DNA of 64,000 nt from Octopus sinensis. Its lineage: Eukaryota. Below are positions 14,837-30,483 of this stretch, piece after piece; position 1 is the stretch's first letter; every line of letters starts with the position of its first letter. A program made the position numbers and the translations under genes. The notes under the pieces were generated by a model that saw nothing but the letters and a program-made list of their open reading frames with translations, was not told where the DNA came from and ran no database searches. The DNA lies in contig NC_043012.1 of assembly GCF_006345805.1 (NCBI RefSeq), forward strand, positions 25,730,001-25,794,000. Direction: 5' to 3'.

Positions 14837-14839
14837 CAC

Positions 14840-15010
14840 TCTCTCTTTCTCTCTCTCTCACTCTCTCTCTCCCTATGTATATGCATATATGTATATATAT
14901 ATATATATACATATATATACATATATATATATATGTATACATATATATATATATGTGTGAGTGTGTGTATACACATATATATACATATATGTATACATAT
15001 GTATACATAT

Positions 15011-15042
<32 letters not shown>

Positions 15043-15664
15043 ACAGATATATCTATACACATATATATATATATATATATGTATACATATATACACACAC
15101 ATATATACACGCATACACACGCACATACATATGTATATATACATATATATATGACATATGTATGTTGGTATGTATACTTACAGGTGTGCGTATACAATGT
15201 GTAGATGAGTGCGGATGTGAGACAGACAGACAGAAAGACATGCGCACCTCCAAAGATTCCGAAGTAATTCCGTAATAATATAATATCTAATCGCTATTAC
15301 AGATATAATAAAGTAAAAACTGCTTTAAGATTGCATCTATCGACTGAATAGTCATCTTGTTTCAGAATATGAATATGTGTTCGTATTTGTGTACTCCTTT
15401 GCTTCCTCCGCCGCCTCTACCTCGTCGTGTTCATCATTCCTCATAAGCAGCATCGCTGTATTATCATCATCATCATCATCATCATCGACGTGGTCGGGTA
15501 GTCGTTGTTATTGTTGTTGTTCTTCTCCTCTTCCTCCTTCTTGTTATTCTTTTTTTATAATTTTCTTGTAGTTTATGTTTACTCTTGTTTTATTCCTTTT
15601 CTTTGCGTATAAACATCCGCATATATATTATGTATATGCTTGAATTTTCAGCATCGAAATATAT

Positions 15665-15695
<31 letters not shown>

Positions 15696-15808
15696 ATAAA
15701 TATATATATATATTATATATATATGTATATATATATATATATGTATATATATATGTATATATAATGTTATTATATGTACATATATATGTATATATGTATA
15801 TATATATG

Positions 15809-15840
<32 letters not shown>

Positions 15841-15847
15841 ATGTATA

Positions 15848-15897
<50 letters not shown>

Positions 15898-16182
15898 ATA
15901 ATATAATTATATATATATATATGTATGTGTGTGGTGTGTGTGTGTGAGCGTGTGTTTTTGTGTGTGTGTGCATTTGAGTACGGATAAAGGAAGATAGATA
16001 GTATAGACATATATGTGTGTGTATATACACACATATACACACACACATAGAGAGAGAGAGACATACATACAGACAGACATAAAGTCATACATAACTATGT
16101 ATCTATCATTCTATCTATTTATATATACATACATATATGCATACAACACATATATATATATATAAATATATATGTACATATA

Positions 16183-16222
<40 letters not shown>

Positions 16223-16246
16223 CAAAAGTGTCATTGAGTGAAAGTA

Positions 16247-16312
<66 letters not shown>

Positions 16313-16756
16313 GCGAGTTGTCTGTCACTATTTAGGTTTATATTATATGCAGGCATTCGTACCTGTTTGCAATATCGTTATATTTTAATAATCTGTCAAA
16401 ATATAATATTCGGCATTTGCGAAAGGAAAAAAAAAACATAGAAAAGTAAAATAAAAACGATAAAGTAACAATAAAAATATATAATTCGGAGCGAAAATGA
16501 CATTTGCGTAGCATATCGCATTATGCAATAGATTTCATCAAATTCATTACATAGCGAAATACAAATACAGAGCATTTAATTTAAATAGTCTGAACTGCAT
16601 CCATACCATGAAATGGTAAATTCTGATACTCACAGAAATACATATATGCACAACATCATTTGCATCACTTGCGCAGAATCACAAATACAAGAAAATATAC
16701 GTAACTATTAATATTCCTCTTATATATTCCAGTACATACATATACATCCATATACG

Positions 16757-16838
<82 letters not shown>

Positions 16839-16870
16839 ATATATGTATATATATATATATATGTTATATA

Positions 16871-16907
<37 letters not shown>

Positions 16908-16912
16908 ATATA

Positions 16913-16977
<65 letters not shown>

Positions 16978-17225
16978 GTATATATATATTATATATATAT
17001 ATATATATATATGTATATAATATAAATCCATATGTATATAAACATACATACATATAAATATATCGTATGCACACACACACACACACATATATATACATAG
17101 ACAGATACATACATACACGTATATATATAGGTGTGTGTTTGTGTATATGTATATACATATATCTATACATGTAGGTGTAGAAATGGATATTTAATTAAAT
17201 TTTGCAGCTACTTGCACATTACGTC

Positions 17226-17284
<59 letters not shown>

Positions 17285-17340
17285 TGTGTGCGTGTGTATA
17301 CAAATGCATGTATATATATGCATTTATGTATATATATACA
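14840..17340. repeat. Cluster of (TA)n/(TATG)n/(CA)n arrays
   Basis: Direct reading; source of many poly-IY ORFs. Confidence 0.9.
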
Positions 17341-18151
17341 TACATATATAAATATATATGTACATGCATGTGTATATTTAAGTATATATGTGTAAATATA
17401 CATGGCCGTTCATTGAGCGAAAGTGTGTATAAGCAGCAATGTATAGACATGTATACCCATATATAATACCGCTATCCCAACATATGTATGCACTCTCACA
17501 CATGTGCATAGATATACATACGTCTATATATACATATGTGTGTGTGTATACATACATGAATATATGTACATATGTATATTTTTATAGCTGTGTGTATCAG
17601 ATTTTATATATAGGTTTGTATCTGTCGATGTACACGCATATATACATATATGTATGTGTGTGTCCATGTGGATCTTTGTGCGTCTTTGTGTGTTCTTGTA
17701 CATGTATACGTATTTAAGTACACACCGTTAATGAAAATTTAAATATAAGCAAATAAATACACATAAGAAGCCTCAGTATAAATTAATGCGTAAACAAATG
17801 ACTGACGATGAAAATAATATTTATAATATAAATATCGAACAAACTAGGAAAATTTGCGGAAAGCAGTGATTCTCGTCTTAGAAATGTCTTGGTGATAGCC
17901 TGAAGTATTTTGTAGAAAATTTATTATGCATTGAACTTTCAGTGAATTTTCCCAAGACAAAATTAAGTCCATTTTTCGAGAATATTTATAAACTGTAATC
18001 TCGGCGTCACCTTATTTATAATCTTTTTTTCTAATTTGAATTTTTTTTTTACTCCCCATACTTATAACCGAGTATCTCGATGATATTCTGTCTCTTTCTT
18101 ACTCTCTCTATTTCTCTTTTTTTTCTCTCTCTCTCTCTCTGTAATGTATAT

Positions 18152-18183
<32 letters not shown>

Positions 18184-18220
18184 TATAATATAATATATCT
18201 ATATATATATATTATATATA

Positions 18221-18465
18221 TAGGGCGCAGGATGGCTGTGTGGTAAATGGCTTGCTTACCAACCACATGGTTCCTGGTTCATTCCCACTGCGTGGCACCT
18301 TCAAATGCCTTCTACTATACCCTAGGCCCGACCAAAGCCTTGTGAATGGAATGGATTTGAGACGGAAATTAAAAGAAGCCTATCCTGGGGGCGATTTCTC
18401 GACTAAGGCCGGTGCTCCAGGATGGCCGCAGTCAAATGACTGTAACGAATAAAAGAGTGAAGGAG
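18221..18465 (+). mobile_element. SINE family B with an internal deletion
   Basis: The head matches family B. GAAGCC joins directly to TCCTGGGG, omitting the microsatellite and ~150 bp. Confidence 0.75.
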
Positions 18466-18551
18466 TGTATATATATATATATATATATATACATGTGTCT
18501 GTGTATTTATATATGCATATATATTTATATATGTATATACCTATGTACATA

Positions 18552-18631
<80 letters not shown>

Positions 18632-19474
18632 TTATATATATAATATATATATATATATATATTATATATATAATACATAGGGTCTGTGCATATATAGACA
18701 TATGGACACGAGACATGTGTCTTTTGTGTGCGTGGTTGTCTCTGCGTATGATTATGTAAACTTACCTTAGTCATACCTACAAGATATTTGTATGTTTTAT
18801 GACGAATGTGGTGATATCCAACAAAGCCAGACTTTGGTGTGCCTTGAGACAGTTGTTTGATTGTTATTGTGCATAGAATGCCAGACAATCAATAAACATT
18901 GTTTCAGGTTAGAAATCCGCCATGTGTATTACTAGCTTTTTACATCTAATTCAAATAAGTGTGATTACCTACAGTCCACTTAATTTTATGTACCAGATTT
19001 AGTGAAGGAGATTTCACTCGCGCAGCAACATGCACGTTTGTTTCCTTGAGAGATTCGCTTGTTAATATAGCGTAAAATTTTTAGCTCTTTCCGGCAATGT
19101 AGTAAAGAATTAATCCTGTGCAACGAACAAACAAAGGAACCGTACCTGCAAGGAAGCCCTATCAAATATCCTGCCAAGCAACATAACCGTTCGTGCTCGC
19201 ATTCTCATACACACACACACATCTATGTATATAATGGGGAAGGCCGGTTTATGGTATTACTTTAGGTTTTCCGTCCATAAATGGTTTAGCTACATGGCAT
19301 ATCGTCAGATCCCAATAATCTGTTGGCCAATGACCCCTTACAAATATGGTGGGGAAAGTTCTGAGAGATCACGGACTAACAGGTTTTTGGAATCTTCGCC
19401 ATTATCAATATAAACTGCTCCACATCTAAAAGTAGGCTTACTTCGGATTTGTTTTCCTCAAACGATATATATAT

Positions 19475-19550
<76 letters not shown>

Positions 19551-21030
19551 CATGAGATTATCGATTTTGATATTGCCTATTTAAATATATCGTCACGAAA
19601 CGTTCATCGTCGTTTTAATGTGCATTGTTTAGTATAGTAATGTTTAGTACAATATTAATAATACAATTAAATTTATAGCCCTAGCTGGTGGGGTGTTTGT
19701 CTCCCCTTCGCAAATATGAGGACACAGGAACTGTGTCAATGCCGACAGGAAGCGTCGATGCTTCCTAGGGCTAAATAGTGGTGTATGATTCCCTTTACGG
19801 GACTGTCACGTTATGTTGATAGTATACAATCACTCTAAATTTATATTTTATTATAGATAATATCTTTCATTGTTAATTGAATTACTTTATGGAGGTTCTG
19901 TTTCTTAATCCTATATATATATATATATAGGCAGTGGTAGAAATCATCGGGAACTGAACGTAGAACCACATGGTGTCCAGTGAACAGCTTAGCCATACAG
20001 CCATATTTGTCTCTCTGCTTTACTAACTATTACAAACTATGCTGTCTGTCAATTTCGCCACTTCACAAACCTGGCAGATGGTACAACACTAATGCAGATA
20101 GGAATGAGTGTCAAGGTCAATATACGTCTATTAACATCATGTTTAGAAACTGGGCATTTAGCATAAATGCAACCGTTCCGATATTCCATATTAATAAACA
20201 CCATTTCTCTTTCAATTAGTGCAGAAATGGCATTAATTAGATCAGTGTAGTAATTAACGAACACTGAATCTGACACATGTTTAAATATTTCAGATCGTTA
20301 ACAACTCGCTCGAAATCTACATATCTTCATATACCCAAAGAGCAGCAACTAGCGATGGAACATCTGTGAGGGCTTGTCTTAACTGCTAGAAATTGTAGCC
20401 AAATCTCAGTCAACTCCTATATGGCATTATGGTAGAAACAAGGAAATTTTCTCCTGCTAAATATAATAAACGTTGCCGGATGAATTTTTATTTCCGATCG
20501 TTTCAGCCGAGGATCATCCGAGGTTATAAAGAATGCGAAATTTATGCTCGCTTATTCCTAGATATATTTTAATAGAAAAGATGCTATGTTTATGGTTGTA
20601 AAACATTCAGTGGCCGATTGACTCCACTTCAACTGGTGTTGGGCTCAACAACTACACTACAATCGACACATTATTTTACTACCCTGGTATGGGGCGTCAT
20701 TTACGTTACTTATTCTGCTACACTTGACTGCTACATCCCATTTGGAACCATACAATAACTTCATCAACGATTAAGTATATATTGGACGATGCGATTACTA
20801 GATAATCTATTATGAAAAGCTTTTAACAGAAGTTCTTAATCCACCGTTCAGGGTTGATTTTACACGTTGTTTCAATACTCCTGACACATCAAATGTCACA
20901 GTTAATGTCGGCCGTTTTATGCCTTGAATTTATACGTGTATATGTATATACATTTGTAAATATATGTAATCGGGTAGGTGATCGCGTGTGTGGGTATATA
21001 TACATATCCACGTTTGTATCTAAAACATAT

Positions 21031-21080
<50 letters not shown>

Positions 21081-21439
21081 TATATATATATGTATATTTA
21101 TACATATGTATATGTATGTATATACGTTTATGAATACTGATGTGAAACCGTATGATGTAACATTTTGTACTTCGGGAATGAGTCATGTTTTTGGCCAAAA
21201 TAAACAAACACACATTTTATATTCGCTCTTTACGCGTGAATTACTGTTCAAGCAGAGCAGGAGCACACACGACGATAGAAAGTGTCGCTGAAGAAGTCAT
21301 AGATGTATGAGCGATGAAAGACTTCCAGACAATGGACATGTGTTAAAATACGACTAGCAATAAACGAGTGAAGAACGAACATAAAAATGACCATCCCAAA
21401 ATACAACAGTATCTATGTGCATGTGTTAGCGTATTAATA

Positions 21440-21472
<33 letters not shown>

Positions 21473-21496
21473 TCCTTAATTCTAATGCATGATGAG

Positions 21497-21816
21497 ATCC
21501 CCTTCGTTCATGACTGACCATAGGATTGCACCTGGAAAGTTACACTCCCAGTCACAAGATTGTTTATGGAAGTCTAGCAGTCGCCCCTGTATACCGGCCT
21601 TCTCTCTCCACGCCACCAATGTTATCCAAGAGAAGGGCAACAGCCGATACAGTTTGCCATCTGTGACATCGCAACTCATTTCTACAGCTGGGTGAACTGG
21701 AGCAACGTGAAATGAAGTGTCTTGCTCAAGAACACAACACGCAGCCCGGTCCGGGATTCGAACTCACAACCTCACGATCGTAAGCTCTACGCTCCAACAA
21801 CTGAGCCATGCGCCTT
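21497..21816 (-). mobile_element. SINE family C
   Basis: GAGCCATGCGCC head, GGGATTCGAACTCAC B-box, and shared body GATTGCACCTGGAAAGTT..TTTATGGAAG. Confidence 0.8.
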
Positions 21817-22490
21817 CTAATGTATACAGAGACAATTGTAAATGCGAAATATATTACATAGACAAAAATAGATAATCATATCGAAATATTGCAGTGTATA
21901 TGCGTTTCTGTGCGCTGATTTCTAAGTACTTGTTTGTATGCCTTTTTGGGCGTGTGTTTGTGTTATGACAGAAAATCATATCTCCACATATTACCTATAT
22001 TTTTGTACACATTTCAATATCATTTTTGAATATATCACTCACTAACAATTCCGCTAAGAAACTCTTTGTTTCAAAATCAAAAACAAATTTTCCTTTATCC
22101 CAATATATTTACATTCTTCCATCAGATTGTAAAATAATCTTTGCGAAATAATATATTCTCCTTCTCAAATAAGGCGTTCTAACTGAATTTCTGTTAGTCT
22201 TCCTTTTCGTCCATATTGTTTTGGCCGCTAAACTTGTTTGGTGTTGTTGCGGTTGCACTTGTTGTTATTGTTGTTGACGTTGTTATGAAGATCGAGATTA
22301 CTTTGTAAAAAACACAAAAAACAAAATAAAAATATTGAATAACAGTTGTTTTCAATAAAGTTATAGTTTACTTCAGGTTTTCCGCCATCTTGGAATGGTT
22401 ACAGCCGCCGCTATATGATTACATTACGGTATATTTTCTCCTTTGAAATTACTTTTCTCGGCAGTCTCACTCTTAATTTTCCTCAATGCG

Positions 22491-22551
<61 letters not shown>

Positions 22552-22562
22552 TAATAATAATA

Positions 22563-23143
22563 TTTTCTACAATAGGCACAAGGCCTGAAATTTTTGGGGA
22601 GGGGTCCTGTCGATTAGATCGAGCCCAGTATGCAACTGGTACTTAATTTATCGGCCCCGAAAGGATGAAAGTCAAAGTCGACCTCGGCGGAATTTGAACT
22701 CAGAACGTAAAGTCAGACGGAATACCTATTTCTTTACTACCCACAAGGCGCTAAACAGAGGAGACAAACAAGGACAAACAGACGGATTAATTCGATTATA
22801 TCGACTCCAGTGCGTAACTGGTATTTAATTTATCGACCCCGAAAGGATGAAAGGCAAAGTTGACCTCGGCAGAATTTGAACTCAGAACGCAACGGCAGAC
22901 GAAATACCTATTTCTATTTTTTTATTACCCACAAGGGGCTAAACACAGAGGGGACAAACAAGGACAGACATAGGTATTAAGTCGATTACATCGATCCCAG
23001 TGCGTAACTGGTACTTAATTTATCGACCCCGAAGGGATGAAAGGCAAAGTCGACCTCGGCGGAATTTGAACTCACAACGTAACGCAGACGAAATACCGCA
23101 AAGCATTTCGCCCGGCGCGCTAACGTTTCTGCCAGCTCGCCGC
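22563..23143 (-). mobile_element. SINE family A, three tandem ~185-bp units
   Basis: CCCGAAAGGATGAAAG.CAAAGT.GACCTCGGC.GAATTTGAACTC occurs at ~22657, ~22838 and ~23028. There is a single tRNA head, at 23100-23143. Confidence 0.8.
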
Positions 23144-23629
23144 CAGTAATAATTAGCAACGAGTAACGTGTTGAGGTTAATGGTGATGATGGTGATGATG
23201 ATGACGAAAATTGAAATTTTACTACTATTGCTGGGTTCCGTCTTGTTCTCAAACACCTTCTTCTAATTCTTCTTCTTGTTATTATTTTTTCTTCTTGCTG
23301 GTGTTCTGTTTTATTGTGAGTTTCGTAGGTCTCCATTACTTCCCAGCTGAAATTGGCTCAAGCTTGTCGTCTGCCTTGAGCCCGTGAAATGTTTTTGGTT
23401 GTGGATTACATTTCCTATTTTCTCAGTTTTCTAGGAGATACGTAGATAATCCAGATTAAAATCGTTCTGTCTTCTTGGTGCATACTTTCGGGTCCTTATT
23501 TTGTTGATTGTGTATTGGTTTTTGTTTTTGTTTTTATTACTTGAAACTGCACGCTTCTGCACATTATGTTTACAGGCATCTCTCTATGTTGTTATTTCGG
23601 TAATTTCTCTCTTTCTCTCTTTACTCTCT

Positions 23630-24156
23630 TTTACTTGTTTCAGTCGTTTGACTGTGGCCATACTGGAGCACCGCCTTTACTCGGGCAACTCGACCACAGG
23701 ACTTATTGTTTGTAAGCCTAGTACTTATTCTATCGGTCTCTTTTGCCCAACCGCTAAGTTACGTGTTTTACTTGTTTCGGTCATTTGACTGTGGCCATAC
23801 TGGAGCACCGCATTTACTCGAGCAACTCGACCACAGGACTTATTGTTTGTAAGCCTAGTACTTATTCTATCGGTCTCTTTTGCCGAACCGCTAAGTTACG
23901 TGGACGAAAACACACCAGCATCGGTTGTCAAGCGATGCTGGGGGGACAAACACAGGCACACGAACATATACACATACATACATATATATATACGACGGGC
24001 TTCTTTCAGTTTCCGTCTACCAAATCCACTAACAAGGCTTTGGTCAGCCCGAGATTATAGTAGAAGACACTTGCTCAAGGTGCCACACAGTGGGACTGAA
24101 ACCGGAACCATGTGGTTGGTAAGCAAGCTAATTACCACACAGCCACTCCTACGCCT
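23630..24156 (-). mobile_element. SINE family B with a 137-bp tandem duplication of the 3' module
   Basis: TTGACTGTGGCCATACTGGAGCACCG at 23648 and 23785; head at 24060-24156. Confidence 0.8.
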
Positions 24157-26201
24157 ATTTAGTAACAACCAGTGAAAAAACTTTTTTGAAATTCAAATTA
24201 ATTGTATAAAGCACGTAGAAAAATATTGTAGTCATGAATACAACTCAGTAAAAATATATACCGAAGAAGAAAGATGTGAATGGCCCGGTTGCAATCCAGT
24301 GTAATATCTGTTCAAACCTACAATGAAAATGTACCAAATATAAATGTTACACAGCAATATAAATTTCAAAACTGATACGCATCTGCAAATGTTTTGAGTA
24401 GAGGAAAACTACTTCCAGAAGAATACTTGACACACAATTCACAAAGAATAAAGATCTCGGATTTGAAATCAGCTGCTTCTGAGACATGAAAGCGAAAATA
24501 ATAATATCGATAATTAGGAGTTCAACTATATTCAAGTAGGAAAAATAAACAAGAACGAACCATAGTTAAATACACTGCCATTATTCGCAACTTCTCACGC
24601 AGTACAAAATATATATCTGCTGGTACTCCTGAAATCATAACCCTGTAACTTTAAATTTAGAAGCCAAAATCAAGTCGTTGGTTACTTGTACACTACATAT
24701 CTTATAGACTAAACAATCGTAGCCTAAATTTGTTATTGTTTCCTCCTTGTTTCAATATTACGCATATTATTTTCCTTACGCTTGTACTTGAAAATATCCT
24801 CTCCCACTGAGGTTGCATTGTAGCAGTTATCTATTTGTATTCCTATTAGTCCTGCCTAAGTAAGGAAAAAAGCATGTTTTACTTTTATCAGATAGGAGGT
24901 GATGGCTTCTGATCATTATTTGTAGTTTCTGGATATTACAGTTTTAACTCGCTTATTCACTTAACTTCCAGTTGAAACGATAGATTATAATTCTGATTGC
25001 TAATGTATTTAGATCTATTATCCGATTTATCACATTAGGTTCACTTATAGCGTTGTGTTTTTCATATTAGTTTGTCTGTAGATCCCCGTCTTCATTTCCA
25101 TGCATCGAATATTATCGGTTCCATCTGATCTCAAATTATTTAAGACTCATTCTGTCTTGATTCTTACATTTCGAAGACTCTATCCAATCTAATGCTCTTT
25201 GCTTTACTTAATTTAGCAATCATTACACCAGCCTTGATATATCTGCTTAATCCCGTACTTTCTTTTAATTTTGTGATGGTGTGTGGTCTAGTTCTTAACA
25301 TTGTTGTTTCGATCCCATGATCGGGTGATGAGTTGTGTTCTCGAGCGAACCTCTTCCTTTCACGTTGCTCTTGTCCACTCAAATAGCAAGACTAATCCTG
25401 CAAGGGACCGCCGTTTCGTCTAAGAGGCGGTGGGATTTATAATCCAGGGACTATGGCTATTGAATACTTTGATTAGTTTTCTTCCTGTCTTTAATTCTTG
25501 GTTAAATTCATGTGCATTATTTCGTAGTTTTTCTAACTAGTGTCATTGTAATAGACAAATACATTTTGTAGCCTCCCTATATAACGTATACATATTGATA
25601 TATTTCGTTCACCAGATTCGTTAAAGACGATAAAATCATGTACGATATAAAACAGTACAATGAGTGTTCACGGAAGATTCCTCTCCATCTCAATGTACAT
25701 CTAGTTATCCGTTTCTTTGCTTTGTAATGAACATTATATTTTCCGTCTTGACATAGCACAATTGAGATATTTGTTTTGCCACGCTTCGCTCCGTGTTCAA
25801 ATCCGGTCGAGGGCAGCTTTATCTTTCAGTCACATACTGAGGTAAATGTAATCGACTGTTCCCTTTGCTGACTTTGCGACCAAACTCAGAAGCCATTCTT
25901 ATAATTACCTGAGTGCTGAAATGGAAGAATATTTGGAACGTCGTTAAAGGTTGTGCAAGATTCGTTGCGACTTGGTACCTTCTCAACTGAGATGTTCCTC
26001 ACGTTAGCTTTGCTGCTTCATCTCGCCAGGGCTGTTCAAATGAATTATCATCCGCGTATTGATCTTGCTAATAAATATAACACCTTCCCCTCTAAATTGC
26101 TTTTTCTCTAAATAATTAATCTATTAATTATTTCTCTTTATCACAAGTTTTGTTGGAGCTCCTGGAGTCTTGCATGCGTAGCGATCTTGCTATGTGCAGC
26201 C

Positions 26202-26249
<48 letters not shown>

Positions 26250-26252
<3 letters not shown>

Positions 26253-26552
26253 GCTTATTATATATTTGACTTTTGCTTTATATTTATACAAGTTGATTCA
26301 CCCAGAGACCTCAAGAGACAACGAGTTAGCAGTTCATGGTGGTGTTATGCCTAGGGTGCCATATATTTGGTTTTGTACATAGTATTGTTTTAGAGAGTAT
26401 TTAAGAAAACATGAGAAAATTATTAGTTTGTTTTGAAATTTGAGATTACATAGTATATTTCGTAGGATATGGGCAGTTCCCATGAGTGCTATCTTTTGAA
26501 TTTCTGCCGTTTGGGGGTTTCCTGGTATCTGAGCTAGGTAGTAATCAGCCCC
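26250..26552 (-). mobile_element. R4/Dong-type LINE 3' fragment
   Basis: IPGNPQTAEIQKIALMGTAHILRK plus a 3' UTR, with (ATT)n arrays on both sides. Confidence 0.8.
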
Positions 26553-26602
<50 letters not shown>

Positions 26603-26795
26603 GTCTTTGCACAGCTTCCAATGCTGGAAATGTACTACGGTACCAGCTGTTCACTAGCAATGAACTAAGGTAACAAGCAGTGCTGTTTTCTGCAAGTGCT
26701 GCACCCTTATTGCAGACCTTATTTGTTCCATGTACTTCTGAAGATTCTTACTCACTGTTCCCAGGGCTCCAACACTTATTGGTACTACTACCACC

Positions 26796-26829
<34 letters not shown>

Positions 26830-27239
26830 GTTGTCGTTGTTGCTGCTGTTATTATTGTTTTTACTATTGTTACTATTATTATCATTATGATCATCATCGC
26901 TATGGTTATAATTGAATGAAGTACCAAAGACAGTGAAAAGAAAGTGATTAGCGTAGCGTTCATAATTTTTACGTTCGGCATTATTTACGTATAGCTTTCA
27001 GGTCAACGGCAACTCACATTCACTTGATAATGATATAGCTATATTTACCAGTAATATACTGTGTCTTTTCAAAAATTTAGTAGCATTATTTAAATACTTA
27101 TGCTGAGGCTAGATTATCACATTAATAAATGATCTTTGATATAAATGTTATCAGTATAATAATAGTAGTAGTAGTGGTGATAGTGGTAACAAGAATCATT
27201 ACTATCATTTTTATTATTCTTGCTGCTATTGTTCTAGCT

Positions 27240-27265
27240 AGCGTGATTATTATTATTAATATTAA

Positions 27266-27307
<42 letters not shown>

Positions 27308-27408
27308 CATCATAATTATCATTATTATTATTATCATCATCGTTATCATTATTATTATTGTCATCATCATTATCATTATTATCATTATCATCATCATCAT
27401 TATTATTA

Positions 27409-27441
<33 letters not shown>

Positions 27442-28260
27442 CATCGTTATCATTATTATTATTATCATCATCATTATCATTATTATTATTATCATCATCA
27501 TCATTATCATTATCATCATTATCATCATCATCATCATCATTATTATTATTATTATTATCGTCACTGTTGTTACTTATAATATTATTTGCTAGCACTAATA
27601 ACATCAGACTAGACAGCGCTACAGGAGTTCAGAACAATTATATTGCAATCACTTTAATTTCTTCTCAGTTGCAGTCACATGCATAGATTCGCGTACACGC
27701 ACACATACACACACACACACACACTTGCATATATGTGTCTAACTTGATAGAGACACGCGTACATATGCATGCATGTGGATATTATAAACGTGCATGTACA
27801 TACGCACACATACAAACACACACGCACATATATACATAAACACCTATATATATATATATCAATATTTATGTATATATATAGTTATATTTATATATTATAT
27901 ATATATTTATATGTATATATATATATATATGTATATATTATATATATATATTATATATATACACATACATGCATATACACATATAGTTATTATATATATA
28001 TGTCTGTTATTACGCTTGCTTGTGTTATATGTCTAATTTCCATTATCTTGTGCTTGTTAGCCAAAATCATATCACCATATGTTTCACCAAACCCATGTAC
28101 ATACACACACACCACACAGCCCTCACACACGCATCCATATATATGTATATGCCTGGGTGTATTTATGTGTGTATTATATATAATATATATATATATTATA
28201 TATATATAACATATATATATAGATATATATTTATATATATATATATATATACGCACACTC
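27240..28260. repeat. (ATT/ATC)n followed by (TA)n arrays
   Basis: Direct reading. Confidence 0.9.
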
Positions 28261-28694
28261 ATCTCCATGTTTTACAATCGTTGAAAGTAAACATATAACC
28301 TCATTAATCAGCCGTACTTATTAATTTAGATTGCTGTACCAGGTACATCATTTACACACGGTAGTAATTTCACAAGCTTAAAATTTATCGACCACACTAA
28401 CCAGCTGCTTACTATATTGTGATTGTAGACTTACTTCTCACTGAAATTCATCGCAGACGCTTATCAAAGTGATTATTAAACATAGTTTTAGATTCCCAGG
28501 AGTCATATATTGCGTTGGTTCCTTTTATTCACGAGCAATAGAGATCCACCAAAGGACTTGACAACAACAATAATGTATTTGATTTGTTAAAAAAAAAACT
28601 AAAAGATCGCGCCTGAAACCGCTGTAGTGAACCATAACCCATTTGTGTTTTCTCTCTATATTTATACATATATGTATATATTGATATTATATAC

Positions 28695-28747
<53 letters not shown>

Positions 28748-29135
28748 GTATACACGCACATATAGTTTTCACCAACCAGCACTAACCACGACTCGGACTT
28801 ACCTCACTGGCCATGTATGTAAGTGTGGATGGTGGATGGATATATTATGGAAACCTTTCAAGTCGTGTTTAACGGTATTTTAATCGCAGTAAATGAGCAT
28901 GATTAGATAAATTGCCTTGCAAGAATATAGAAAAGTGAAACTGATCAGAATATGTCAATGGATTGGGAATTCTTCTATCCAAACCATTCCAGTCTTTTCC
29001 GATTAAAATATCGTAAGAATATTACGTATGTCCATCTCGTTGAACTGGTGCGTTCACCTTAAATTTTACTGTCGCCTAGTTGCAAAGCCTGTGAGAATAT
29101 TAGCACGTGTATTCTCTTATGTACACACATAGTCT

Positions 29136-29180
<45 letters not shown>

Positions 29181-30296
29181 GCTCTCTCTCTCTCCTCTCT
29201 CTCTAAGAAGTTGATATTTTAAGTTACATTATGTTATATACTGAGATATGGACCTACGAGATAACAAGATGCGGTTATGATATTAAGTTGAACGCTTGGA
29301 TATATTGAATCACACCCAACAGCCAGTAAAATCAACAGTTTATTAATAATCAGCTACAGACACGACATAAATTGTCCATCAGAAACGCCATTCGAAATTG
29401 TGCAGACGCCACCAAAGCATGCCATTATGATAAAGAAACGCCTTACTCTTCTTCGGCCGCGGTACATTCGACCGGTCTATAAGACTCCACGGTACAGTGA
29501 CGTGCAAAGATGCGTTGTAATAGGCTTAAGTAACCATACATTGCATGACTATATTTTGTAGAAATTTAAGAAAAATGTTAGCCGTACACAATATTGTATT
29601 TATACGTTCTTGCTGCATTCTGACAGATACGAACATGAATATGCTAATCGCTGAAGCTTCTCACCTTCAGAGAACACTTTTTTCTTTAGTCGAACTTCGT
29701 TCATAGCACACAATACACCAGTGAATAACGTGCGTTACGGACACAAGCCACCGAAATGGAGGCCGTGTCTTCCGACGGCGAAACAGAGTAACGGTCGGAT
29801 AATCACATTGGAATCTGCCAGAATGCATTTAGCATGAATAGTTACATTATTGTTTGCATGCTCGCACTTCAGCATATATCCCACAAATTATTATATTTTA
29901 TATAGAGATAGACAAGTACATTCAAATAGGATTTCCCACCCACGAAATATGAAGAATTACAGGAAAAATACAAAATATATAATAATTTTAGATCGAAATA
30001 ATTTCAATCTACTCAGCTGTTAATTTATATATAATATCGTTTATTTCATGCTTTATAATTCATAATAATTTAATATAGTATAATTCATGCAATATTATTC
30101 ATCGGAAAATTGCTTGAAAAATAAGCACCATCTTGAAATTTCTTAAAAACATATCTTCCCCTTTCATTCTTCATATTACGGTTATTTTTTTATTAAATAA
30201 ATAAAACAATTTGCATAAATAAAAATAACAAAATATTATGAGGATGATGAGGACGACGAGGATGATGATGGCAATAATAATATAATAATAATAATA

Positions 30297-30339
<43 letters not shown>

Positions 30340-30414
30340 TTAATAATACTAATACCAATGAAATACGGTTTGGGATTTCTTTCCTGCGTGCAGCTATATC
30401 CTGCAACACATGTT

Positions 30415-30483
<69 letters not shown>

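Noticed and set aside
18766-18850. Possible minus-strand exon ending MTK|GTAAGT
   Set aside because: Good donor, but no recognisable peptide, an ambiguous acceptor, and no collagen or cysteine motif expected for the next exon.
21283-21340. CTGAAGA...GAAA hammerhead-like spacing
   Set aside because: No GUH triplet or stem I partner.
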